Shown here: positions 56,297 to 64,000 of the stretch, piece by piece
How the letters are laid out: each line of letters opens with the position of its first letter
Numbering within the stretch: position 1 is the first letter of the stretch
NCBI GenBank assembly: GCA_015233195.1
Contig: JADFYE010000001.1
Coordinates: 83,583-147,582 of the forward strand
Direction: 5' to 3'
Length of the DNA: 64,000 nt
DNA from: Candidatus Omnitrophota bacterium
Lineage (GTDB): Bacteria > Omnitrophota > Gorgyraeia > Zapsychrales > Zapsychraceae
Notes under the pieces: generated by a model
The model's input: only the letters and a program-made list of their open reading frames with translations
Database searches by the model: none
Told to the model about the DNA's origin: nothing
Made by a program: the position numbers and the translations under genes

Positions 56297-57172
56297 ATGG
56301 CTAAATTAAAACTAGGTCTGCCTAAAGGCAGTTTACAGGAAGCAACGGTTAAGGTTTTTGAACGGGCTGGTTTCAATATTTATGTGTCCAGCCGTTCTTA
56401 TTTTCCGTCTATAGATGACGTTGAAGTTGAACCGGTATTATTACGCGCGCAAGAGATGTCAAGGTATGTTGAAGAAGAGGCTTTGGATTGCGGTATAACT
56501 GGCGCGGATTGGGTGGCTGAGAACGGGTCTAAGATCCAGGTGTTAGCTGATTTTAATTATGCTAAACAAAGTTCGTCGAAAGTCCGCTGGGTATTGGCTG
56601 TTCCGGAAAATTCAAAAATAAAAACCGTCAAAGATTTGGAAGGCAAGCGTATCTCGACGGAAGTGGTGAATATAACTAAAAATTATTTGAAAAAAAATAA
56701 AGTCAAAGCTGATGTTGAATTTAGCTGGGGAGCTACTGAAGCTAAGGTCGCGGATGGCTTGGTCGACGCTATTGTGGAATTAACTGAAACTGGCAGCAGT
56801 TTGCGCGCGCATAAATTACGAATTGTGGATACGATTTGTGTGTCAGTTACGCAGTTTATTGCCAACACCAAAGCGATGAAAGATCCGTGGAAGAAAAAGA
56901 AAATGGATCAGTTGGTTATGCTTTTAAAAGGCGCGATCGACGCTACTAATATGGTCGGGCTTAAAATGAATGTCAGTGAAGAAGCTTTGATGAAAGTGTT
57001 GAGTTTGTTACCGTCTTTACAAGACCCGACGGTTTCACATTTGACTAAAAAAGGCTGGGTTGCCATTGAAGTGGTAATTGATGAAAGTATCGTCCGAAAT
57101 CTGATCCCTAAGTTAAAGGAAGCAGGGGCGAACGGGATTATTGAATACTCTTTGAATAAATTAATTTACTAA
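56297..57172 (+). CDS. hisG: ATP phosphoribosyltransferase (long form)
   Basis: The N-terminus reads '[23 protein letters not shown]', with '[15 protein letters not shown]' later. The length fits HisG-L with its C-terminal regulatory domain. Confidence 0.9.
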   Translation: MAKLKLGLPKGSLQEATVKVFERAGFNIYVSSRSYFPSIDDVEVEPVLLRAQEMSRYVEEEALDCGITGADWVAENGSKIQVLADFNYAKQSSSKVRWVLAVPENSKIKTVKDLEGKRISTEVVNITKNYLKKNKVKADVEFSWGATEAKVADGLVDAIVELTETGSSLRAHKLRIVDTICVSVTQFIANTKAMKDPWKKKKMDQLVMLLKGAIDATNMVGLKMNVSEEALMKVLSLLPSLQDPTVSHLTKKGWVAIEVVIDESIVRNLIPKLKEAGANGIIEYSLNKLIY

Positions 57173-57193
57173 CCATAAAAGAAGGTGATTGTT

Positions 57194-57295
57194 ATGCCGT
57201 GCGGTAAAAAAAGAAAACGTTGTAAGATTAGAACGCATAAGAGAAAGAAGTTGCGTAAGTCTTTGCGTCATTTGAAAAAACGCGATACTAAATAA
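57194..57295 (+). CDS. tiny highly basic protein (33 aa; AURKAIP1/COX24-like K/R-rich family)
   Basis: Not in the ORF track. ATG at 57194, preceded by GAAGGTGA. Translation: MPCGKKRKRCKIRTHKRKKLRKSLRHLKKRDTK. It matches the pattern GKKRKRxKxxTHKRKK seen in small basic bacterial proteins. Confidence 0.6.
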   Translation: MPCGKKRKRCKIRTHKRKKLRKSLRHLKKRDTK

Positions 57296-57301
57296 AAGAG
57301 G

Positions 57302-58315
57302 ATGTCGATGACCGCGCATCTTAAAAAGTGCGTCTTTGTGATGTTGCTTACGGGGTTAATAGTTTTTAGCCGGGCTGCGTATGCTTTTGTCGACGAAGAC
57401 AGGGTCTCAACCTCCAAAGGCTTGGCTCATTACGCAATGGGACAAGTATATGATCTTTTAGGGTTGTCAAATCGGGCTGCCTTTGAATATGAAAAGGCAG
57501 CCCAGTTTGATCCATCTAATTATTTAGTCCGCCTTCGTTTAGGTACTGTTTACGCCCGCTTGAATATGGTAGACAAAGCAGAGCAGGAACTTCAAGAATC
57601 AACCCGCCTTAATCCTGAAGAAGTCCAATCCCATTATCTTTTAGCATTGTTATATTCTAACGGCAGTGATTATGAAAAAGCTGCGGTAGAATATGAGTCA
57701 GTATTGAATAAATATTCTAAATTAGACCCAAAGAATATTGACATCTATACATATTTAGGTCAGTTATATTATTCGCAGAAAAAATTTGATCAGGCTATAA
57801 AACAATTTGAAAATATTTATACTTTGGAGCCGGATAATGTAGATGTTATGTATTTATTAGGATCTTTGTATGTTGAGGTTGGTCGAGAAAAAGAAGCGGT
57901 GGATATTTTAAAAAAAGCTTTAGTTTTGTCGCCGGAACATGACGGGTGTTTAAATACTTTGGCTTACATTTTCGCTGAGCAGGGCAAGGATTTGGATGCG
58001 GCGCAAAAATTATCAAATAAGGCTTTGGAAATAAGTCCGCAAAGCGGAGCTTACTGGGATACTTTAGGCTGGATATATTTTAAAAAAGGAATGTATAAGG
58101 AATCTTTGGAAGCTTTGTTAAAAGCTGATCAAAGGATCAAAGATCCGGTTTTATATGATCATATGGGTGATGTTTATCAAAAATTGAATCAACATGATAA
58201 AGCGTTGGAATTTTGGAAAATGTCGATAGCTTTGGATCCAGACCAGAAAGCTGTTGAAGATAAGATTAATGAAATTAAGAAATCTCAATCCAGTGTTTTA
58301 ACTCACCATGAATAA
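57302..58315 (+). CDS. TPR-repeat protein with N-terminal signal peptide
   Basis: The signal reads 'VFVMLLTGLIVFSRAAYA'. About 8 TPR-like 34-aa repeats follow. Confidence 0.7.
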   Translation: MSMTAHLKKCVFVMLLTGLIVFSRAAYAFVDEDRVSTSKGLAHYAMGQVYDLLGLSNRAAFEYEKAAQFDPSNYLVRLRLGTVYARLNMVDKAEQELQESTRLNPEEVQSHYLLALLYSNGSDYEKAAVEYESVLNKYSKLDPKNIDIYTYLGQLYYSQKKFDQAIKQFENIYTLEPDNVDVMYLLGSLYVEVGREKEAVDILKKALVLSPEHDGCLNTLAYIFAEQGKDLDAAQKLSNKALEISPQSGAYWDTLGWIYFKKGMYKESLEALLKADQRIKDPVLYDHMGDVYQKLNQHDKALEFWKMSIALDPDQKAVEDKINEIKKSQSSVLTHHE

Positions 58316-59165
58316 ATTACAATTATTCTCTCCTGCCAAATTAAATCTTTTTTTAAAAGTCGTTAATAAACGTGCAGATGGTTTCCATAACATTGAAACT
58401 TTGTTTCAGCGTATCAGTTTGGGTGATGAAATTATTTTAACTAAAAACACTAAGGGAAGTATAACTGTAAGTTGTAACCATCCGGATGTGCCTATAGATG
58501 AACGCAATTTGGTTTATAAGGTGGCAGCTATGTTTAAACAGGATTTTTTAGTAAAATCCGGGGTTCATATTGATATAAACAAGCGGATACCAGTTGCTGC
58601 TGGATTGGCTGGCGGTTCAGGTAATGGTGCAACTGTTATTAAGGGTTTAAACCAGTTGTGGGACTTGAAGTTAAGTAAAAAACAACTGATAGAATGTGCC
58701 AGAAAAATTGGAAGTGATGTAGCTTTCTTTTTGTACGATACTCCCTGGGCTTTAGGTACAGAGCGTGGGGATAAAATTCAGGTGCTGGATATCAAAACTA
58801 AGTTTTGGTATGTTATCATTACTCCCTGTATTAAGCTATATACATCAGACATATATGGGGGGCTGAATTTACAGTTGACAAATAAAAAAGTAGATGTTAC
58901 TATTCTTATCCAAAAATTAAAAAATAATAAAATTAACGAATTAAAGTCTTTATTATTAAATGATTTAGAAACTGTGATCCTTAAGGTTGCTCCAAGATTG
59001 AAAACTATCAAGGAGAGATTGGGATTATTTGATATAAAAGGGGTTTTGACCTCAGGCAGCGGGCCTTCGGTTTACGCAGTGGTTGAAAATGAGACTACGG
59101 CAAAAGAGATAGCTCAACATTTTTCAAAGCGGTATAAGCAGGTTTTTGTGGCTCACACCCTTTGA
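58308..59165 (+). CDS. ispE: 4-(cytidine 5'-diphospho)-2-C-methyl-D-erythritol kinase
   Basis: 'SPAKLNLFLKV...R.DG.H' and the GHMP motif 'PVAAGLAGGSGNGA'. Confidence 0.9.
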   Translation: MNKLQLFSPAKLNLFLKVVNKRADGFHNIETLFQRISLGDEIILTKNTKGSITVSCNHPDVPIDERNLVYKVAAMFKQDFLVKSGVHIDINKRIPVAAGLAGGSGNGATVIKGLNQLWDLKLSKKQLIECARKIGSDVAFFLYDTPWALGTERGDKIQVLDIKTKFWYVIITPCIKLYTSDIYGGLNLQLTNKKVDVTILIQKLKNNKINELKSLLLNDLETVILKVAPRLKTIKERLGLFDIKGVLTSGSGPSVYAVVENETTAKEIAQHFSKRYKQVFVAHTL

Positions 59166-59182
59166 GGGAAAGGAGCAAGCTG

Positions 59183-59587
59183 ATGGAAGTTACAGAGATC
59201 CGGATTTTTCCTAAACAAGGGCAGGATAAAAAACTTCAAGCTTACGCGACCGTGACTTTTGATAATAAATTTGTGGTGCGGAATATCAAAGTTATACAAG
59301 GTTCTAACGGTCTTTTTATTGCTATGCCGTCGAGAAAAAGTAAAGCGGCATGTCCTAACTGCAATTTTAAAAATGAGGTGGGGAGTAAATTTTGTAATCA
59401 GTGCGGAAAAAGTGTTCCGCTGCTGAAGACTGATCACACCCCAGATCCCAAAGCGGACCATCGTGATGTGGCGCATCCGATCACGCAGGAGTTCCGCGAT
59501 TATCTGCAAACAAAGATTTTAGACGCCTATCAGCAGGAAAAGGTCAAAGGACCAAGCGCTTATGCGCATGATGATATTGGCGATTAA
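59183..59587 (+). CDS. spoVG: SpoVG-family protein with an inserted CxxC...CxxC zinc-ribbon
   Basis: 'MEVTEIRIFP...AYATVTFDNKFVVRNIKVIQGSNGLFIAMPSRK' and '...DVAHPI' are the SpoVG core. 'CPNCNFKNEVGSKFCNQCG' is inserted between them. Confidence 0.85.
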   Translation: MEVTEIRIFPKQGQDKKLQAYATVTFDNKFVVRNIKVIQGSNGLFIAMPSRKSKAACPNCNFKNEVGSKFCNQCGKSVPLLKTDHTPDPKADHRDVAHPITQEFRDYLQTKILDAYQQEKVKGPSAYAHDDIGD

Positions 59588-59594
59588 ATTTGCT

Positions 59595-59668
59595 TGCCTG
59601 GTGGTGTAATGGTAACACACAAGAATTTGGATCTTGTTTTCATGGTTCGAATCCATGCCGGGCAGCCA
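59595..59668 (+). tRNA. tRNA-Gln (anticodon UUG)
   Basis: Hand-folded 74-nt cloverleaf. Acceptor TGCCTGG/CCGGGCA with the U1-A72 pair typical of bacterial tRNA-Gln. D stem GTGT/ACAC. Anticodon stem CAAGA/TCTTG with loop AT-TTG-GA. T arm CATGG-TTCGAAT-CCATG. Encoded CCA. Confidence 0.88.
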
Positions 59669-59783
59669 TTTTTTTGCACGGCAAAAAAATGGCAGAGCAA
59701 TTGAGCAATCGAAAATAGACAATAGATAAAAAAACTCAATTGCGGTCTAATGTTCAATTGTTCTATTGTTCAAAAGGTTATTT

Positions 59784-60128
59784 ATGGCTTTTTTGTTTGA
59801 AAATCTTGAGGTTTATAAAAAAGCGATTACGTTTGCCGATGAAATTAGTGTTTTGACTGATAATTTTGTTAAAGGGAATTATTATCTGGTTGACCAGTTG
59901 AATCGTGCAGCCCTTTCAATTGCTGCTAACATAGCAGAGGGGAATGGTCGTTTTCATAAGGCTGACAGGAAAAATTTTTTTATAATTTCGCGGGGTTCTG
60001 CTTTTGAATGTGTACCGATTTTAGAATTATGTAAAAGAAAAAATTTGATTAATGAAGAAAAAGCTCAGGTTTTAAAAGATAAGTTAGATGAGATTTGTAA
60101 AATGTTATCAGGGTTAATTAATTATTGA
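59784..60128 (+). CDS. four-helix-bundle protein (23S rRNA intervening-sequence protein family, TIGR02436-like)
   Basis: 'FENLEVYKKAITFADEI', 'QLNRAALSIAANIAEGNGR' and 'SRGSAFEC' are characteristic of the family. Confidence 0.8.
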   Translation: MAFLFENLEVYKKAITFADEISVLTDNFVKGNYYLVDQLNRAALSIAANIAEGNGRFHKADRKNFFIISRGSAFECVPILELCKRKNLINEEKAQVLKDKLDEICKMLSGLINY

Positions 60129-60142
60129 TAGTTAAATAATAT

Positions 60143-60364
60143 ATGGCTAAAAGTGAAATTCAAAGCTTACTTGATGGGTTGACAGATGAAGGAAATGGAT
60201 ATGGCGATCCAGAAGCAAGAAGAAACGCTGAGTTGAGACTTCAAATTCTTATTGCAAAAGAACAACAGAAGACTAGTTCTACACTTAATTGGTTAACGTT
60301 TTTTCTTGTTGTTGTGGGAATTTTACAGGTGGTTATATTGGTATTTCAGATCTGGATAAAATAG
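60143..60364 (+). CDS. hypothetical tail-anchored small protein
   Basis: 73-aa ORF with a single C-terminal TM ('WLTFFLVVVGILQVVILVFQIWI'). Confidence 0.4.
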   Translation: MAKSEIQSLLDGLTDEGNGYGDPEARRNAELRLQILIAKEQQKTSSTLNWLTFFLVVVGILQVVILVFQIWIK

Positions 60365-60392
60365 TTATTTTTAAAAAAGCAAATAGTTTTTT

Positions 60393-61652
60393 ATGTCTGA
60401 ATTACGCACAGTTATATTGGCAGCTGGAAAAGGGACTCGGATGAAATCTGATGTTCCAAAGGTTTTGCATTTGGTTTTGGGCAAACCGATTATTCAGTAT
60501 GTGATCGACGTAGCAAAAGCTGTTGGTTCTTTGAAAAATTATGTGGTTTTGGGACATCAGGCGGATATGGTAGCGGCTGTGGTCGGTAAAGACTGCGAGT
60601 ATGTGAATCAGACGGAGCTTTTAGGTACTGGCGACGCTGTTAAAAGGACTAAAAAACTTTTAAAAAATTTTAATGGTAATGTTTTGATTTTGTGTGGTGA
60701 TACTCCTTTGCTGGATAAGAAGGTAGTAAAACAGTTGGTCAGTTTGCATAACCGGAAAAAAGCAGTCTGTACTTTTTTAACTGCGGTATTGGATAATCCT
60801 TTTGGTTATGGACGGATAGTTCGGGATAAAAAGGGCAATGCGGTTGCTATTCATGAACATGGGGACGCAACGTCGGATGAAAGAAATATTAAAGAAATAA
60901 ATGTTGGTGTGTATTGCGTGAGAAGCAAGGATTTGTTCGCGGCTCTGGATTTAGTTAAGCTCAATGCCAAGAAAAAAGAACTTTATTTGACTGACATGGT
61001 CGAGTATTTTGCGAAAAAAGGTATGAAGGTTGAGACGGTGGTAACGGATGATCCAGATGTGGGTTTAGGAGTGAATACGCGGGAACAGTTGGCTTTGGCA
61101 GGATTAAAGCTGCGGGATAAAATTGTGCAGTATTGGATGGAACAGGGCGTGACGATTATGGACCCTATTTCGACGTTTATTGCGCCGGATGTTACGATCG
61201 GTAAGGATACTCTGATTAGACCCTTTACATTTATTGAAAATAATGTTAAATTGGGTGCCCGTTGTGTGGTCGGACCTTTTGTGCGGTTCCGTCCTGGTAC
61301 GCGTATCGGTAATAATGTTGATATTGGAAATTTTACGGAAGTTAATAATTCGTCGATGGGTGACGGTTGTTTTATGAAACATTTTAGTTATTTGGGTGAC
61401 GCGGTTTTAGGTAAGAATGTTAATATTGGCGCGGGCACAGTTACTGCGAATTTTAATGGCATTAAGAAGAATGAAACTAAAATTGGCGACGGAGCTTTTA
61501 TCGGCTCTGATTCTATATTAGTCGCGCCGGTAACCGTCGGTAAAGGCGCGTTAACTGGAGCGGGAAGTGTGGTAACAGCAGGCACTAAAGTTCCGCCGGG
61601 TTATGCGGCAATAGGTGTGCCGGCTCGTTTGCGAAGGAGAAAAACTTTATGA
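60393..61652 (+). CDS. glmU: bifunctional GlcNAc-1-phosphate uridyltransferase / GlcN-1-phosphate acetyltransferase
   Basis: 'ILAAGKGTRMKS' and 'GTGDA' are followed by a C-terminal hexapeptide-repeat domain. At 419 aa it is slightly shorter than typical GlmU. Confidence 0.85.
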   Translation: MSELRTVILAAGKGTRMKSDVPKVLHLVLGKPIIQYVIDVAKAVGSLKNYVVLGHQADMVAAVVGKDCEYVNQTELLGTGDAVKRTKKLLKNFNGNVLILCGDTPLLDKKVVKQLVSLHNRKKAVCTFLTAVLDNPFGYGRIVRDKKGNAVAIHEHGDATSDERNIKEINVGVYCVRSKDLFAALDLVKLNAKKKELYLTDMVEYFAKKGMKVETVVTDDPDVGLGVNTREQLALAGLKLRDKIVQYWMEQGVTIMDPISTFIAPDVTIGKDTLIRPFTFIENNVKLGARCVVGPFVRFRPGTRIGNNVDIGNFTEVNNSSMGDGCFMKHFSYLGDAVLGKNVNIGAGTVTANFNGIKKNETKIGDGAFIGSDSILVAPVTVGKGALTGAGSVVTAGTKVPPGYAAIGVPARLRRRKTL

Positions 61653-62587
61653 AAATTTTTACTGGAAATGCCAATCCGGAATTAGCGCAAGGCATGGCGG
61701 ATTGTCTGGGAATTCCGCTGGGTAAAGCCCTGGTATCTCGTTTTTCTGAGGGAGAAATCCGGGTAGAGATAAAAGATAATGTGCGCGGTCGCGATGTTTT
61801 TATAGTACAGCCGACTTGTTCACCAGCGAATGATAATTTAATGGAATTATTGATTATGATCGACGCGATTCGTCGGGCATCAGCTAAACGGATCACGGCG
61901 GTTATCCCGTATTATGGTTATGCTCGTCAGGATCGTAAAGATCAGCCGCGGGTTCCAATCACTGCAAAGTTGATCGCGAATTTGATTGTAGCTGCAGGCG
62001 CGCACCGGGTGTTGACTATGGATTTGCATGCCGCGCAGATACAGGGATTTTTTGATATACCTGTGGATCATTTGTATGGTATTAATACGATTTGCGAATA
62101 TTTTTCACGTAAGAATATTGAGGATCTGGTCGTGGTTTCACCGGATGTGGGTGGTATTAAAATGGCGCGCGCGTATGCTAAACGTTTAGGCGCTGGTTTA
62201 GCTATCGTGGATAAACGCCGTGATAGTCCGGAAAAAACTGAAGTCATGCATATTTTGGGTAATGTTACTGGGAAGAACGTGGTGTTGGTCGATGATATTA
62301 TTGCTACCGGCGGCTCGATGGTCGAGGCGGTTAATGCCCTGGAGAAGCATGGAGTAAAAGATGTTTATGCTGCGGTTACTCATGGAGTGTTATCTGGTGA
62401 TGCGATTAAAAAATTGCAGAATTGCGTGGCGTTAAAGGAATTGGTAGTTACTAATAGTATTCCTTTGGATGAATCTAAAAAAATCAAAAAAGTTATTCAG
62501 GTTTCAGTTGCACCGTTGTTAGCTGAAGCGATTAAACGGATAAAGGAAGAACAGTCGATAAGCTGTTTGTTTTACGAAAATAAATAA
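61649..62587 (+). CDS. prs: ribose-phosphate pyrophosphokinase
   Basis: 'YYGYARQDRK' and 'DLHAAQIQGFF', plus the PRPP loop 'VLVDDIIATGGS'. Confidence 0.95.
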   Translation: MKIFTGNANPELAQGMADCLGIPLGKALVSRFSEGEIRVEIKDNVRGRDVFIVQPTCSPANDNLMELLIMIDAIRRASAKRITAVIPYYGYARQDRKDQPRVPITAKLIANLIVAAGAHRVLTMDLHAAQIQGFFDIPVDHLYGINTICEYFSRKNIEDLVVVSPDVGGIKMARAYAKRLGAGLAIVDKRRDSPEKTEVMHILGNVTGKNVVLVDDIIATGGSMVEAVNALEKHGVKDVYAAVTHGVLSGDAIKKLQNCVALKELVVTNSIPLDESKKIKKVIQVSVAPLLAEAIKRIKEEQSISCLFYENK

Positions 62588-62611
62588 TCAAGGAAGAGGT
62601 GGTTAGTCAAA

Positions 62612-63313
62612 ATGGAAGAACTTAAATTAGATGTACAAATTAGAAAGAACACTGGAAAAAAGGATGTGGCAATTACCCGAAGTGCTCAGCAGGTACCGGC
62701 GGTAGTTTATGGTGAAAAACAAGAACCTACTAATGTTAAGGTCGATCAAAAAATTTTTGAAAAATTAATGCGGCAGCACCATGGTCAAAGCGTTATGTTC
62801 CATTTGAATGTTATGGACGGTGATAAAAAATTGCGCGACCATTCGGCTTTGTTGAAAGAAGAACAACGCGATCCAGTATCCAATGAATTGATCCACCTCG
62901 ATTTTTTAAGAATTTCTGCTACTCATGAACTTAATGCTAAAGTTCCAGTGGTATCAATAGGCGAACCAGTTGGTTTAAAAGCCGGCGGATCTTTGGAACA
63001 TGCTTTATGGGAGATCGAAGTTGTTTGTTTACCAAAAAATTTACCAGAGAGACTTGTGGTTGATGTTAGCAGTTTGGAAATTGGTAAATCGATTCACGTG
63101 TCGGATTTAAAATTGCCTGAGGGTGTACGCACCAAACATGATCCTGCTGCAATTGTATTCGCGGTAGTTCATGCTATACGTGAAGAAGTTGAGGTAGCGG
63201 CAACTGAAGAAGCACCAACAGAGCCGGAAGTAACAAAAGAAAAGAAACCTGCAGCAGCTGCAGCAGCGGCACCAGCAGCAGGCGCTAAAGATAAGGATGC
63301 AAAGAAGAAGTAA
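62612..63313 (+). CDS. rplY: 50S ribosomal protein L25 / general stress protein Ctc
   Basis: L25 N-domain ('R...GK...R..G.VPAVVYG'), then a Ctc C-domain and an Ala/Lys-rich tail. Confidence 0.9.
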   Translation: MEELKLDVQIRKNTGKKDVAITRSAQQVPAVVYGEKQEPTNVKVDQKIFEKLMRQHHGQSVMFHLNVMDGDKKLRDHSALLKEEQRDPVSNELIHLDFLRISATHELNAKVPVVSIGEPVGLKAGGSLEHALWEIEVVCLPKNLPERLVVDVSSLEIGKSIHVSDLKLPEGVRTKHDPAAIVFAVVHAIREEVEVAATEEAPTEPEVTKEKKPAAAAAAAPAAGAKDKDAKKK

Positions 63314-63324
63314 AGAGGTAAAGA

Positions 63325-63909
63325 GTGGAGAATTATCTTATTGTTGGGTTAGGTAATCCAGGAAGTAAGTATCAATATACTCGGCACAATATCGGTTGTT
63401 TAGCGATCGAATATTTGGCTGAAGAAATGAAGTTGAAGTTTCACGCTAGTTCTTTTACAAAGGCTGTAATAGCCGAAGGGTTGTGGGAAGGAAAGCAAGT
63501 TTGTTTGCTTTTCCCGACCACGTTTATGAACAATTCCGGTACGGCAGTTCGCAGGATGGCGGAAAAATATGCTACCCCGCTGGAGCATATTTTGGTCATT
63601 TGCGATGATTTTAACCTGCCATTTGGCCAGTTGCGTCTTCGATCTAAAGGCAGTGACGGCGGTCATAACGGTTTGTTATCTGTGATTGAGCATTTAGGCA
63701 GCCAAGATTTTGCCCGGCTACGGATGGGGGTTGGTGAACCTAAAGGTGGAGATGTCGCGGATTATGTTTTGGAAGAATTCACAAACATTGAAAAAAAGGG
63801 TTTGAAAGAATTTGTTTCTGAAGCAGCAGAGTGTTCACACTCGTGGATACAAGAAGGTATAAGCAGATCAATGGAGAAGTTTAACAGAAGGAAGGAAAAT
63901 GGAAAATAA
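63325..63909 (+). CDS. pth: peptidyl-tRNA hydrolase
   Basis: 'LIVGLGNPGSKYQYTRHNIG', 'MNNSG' and 'GSDGGHNGL'. GTG start. Confidence 0.92.
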   Translation: MENYLIVGLGNPGSKYQYTRHNIGCLAIEYLAEEMKLKFHASSFTKAVIAEGLWEGKQVCLLFPTTFMNNSGTAVRRMAEKYATPLEHILVICDDFNLPFGQLRLRSKGSDGGHNGLLSVIEHLGSQDFARLRMGVGEPKGGDVADYVLEEFTNIEKKGLKEFVSEAAECSHSWIQEGISRSMEKFNRRKENGK

Positions 63910-64000
63910 GGTGTTAATAAGAAAATACGAATTAGTCACGATCATTGACGCAAAATTGACTAATGATCAAAAAGAAGCTATCTGCAAAGAGGTGGTTGAG
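63899..64000 (+). CDS. rpsF: 30S ribosomal protein S6, N-terminal fragment (continues off the right edge)
   Basis: 'RKYELVTIIDAKLTNDQ' is a typical S6 N-terminus. The start is ambiguous: ATG at 63899 (overlapping pth) or GTG at 63911. Confidence 0.7.
   Translation, partial: MENKVLIRKYELVTIIDAKLTNDQKEAICKEVVE

Overview
This is an AT-rich, densely packed bacterial chromosomal window. Most genes are on the + strand, with two minus-strand blocks at 36054-40638 and 51737-56102. I cannot assign taxonomy from sequence alone. The dispersed GC-rich palindromic repeats and giant mosaic exported proteins fit an uncultivated, possibly host-associated lineage, but that is only an impression.

The backbone is ordinary housekeeping:
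- trxA, panD, def, lipA
- an Mla-type lipid-transport operon (mlaE, lipoprotein, mlaF, mlaD)
- kdpABC plus a kinase-less KdpD
- ybaB, greA, rlmB
- a hybrid histidine kinase with an Hpt protein
- dCMP deaminase, a GH5 hydrolase, TrmH, rluB, an ABC-F ATPase, Smr, rmuC, pgeF, cutA
- hisG, ispE, spoVG, tRNA-Gln(UUG), glmU, prs, rplY/ctc, pth, and the start of rpsF

The stand-out region is an accessory block at about 30.5-43.1 kb:
- A 1,831-aa signal-peptide-bearing mosaic protein combines a conserved N-terminal module, a protein-kinase-like domain, an adenosine/AMP-deaminase-like domain with all catalytic motifs visible, and a conserved C-terminal 'GGIDL' module.
- A 768-aa paralogue shares the N module, the kinase and the C module but lacks the deaminase.
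- Between the two, on the opposite strand, sits an Arn-like four-gene cassette for lipid-linked sugar synthesis and transfer (nucleotide-sugar dehydrogenase, SDR epimerase/dehydratase, GT2, polytopic GT-C-like protein).
- The variable linkers of both paralogues contain in-frame GC-rich palindromic repeat units. The same unit also occurs intergenically at 51.3 kb.

A second notable signal is a ~175-nt element present twice (29058-29230 and 51085-51260). It folds into a three-way junction, and several stems differ between the copies by compensatory base-pair changes. That suggests a structured RNA or a MITE-like element.

I saw no rRNA, CRISPR array, transposase or integrase.
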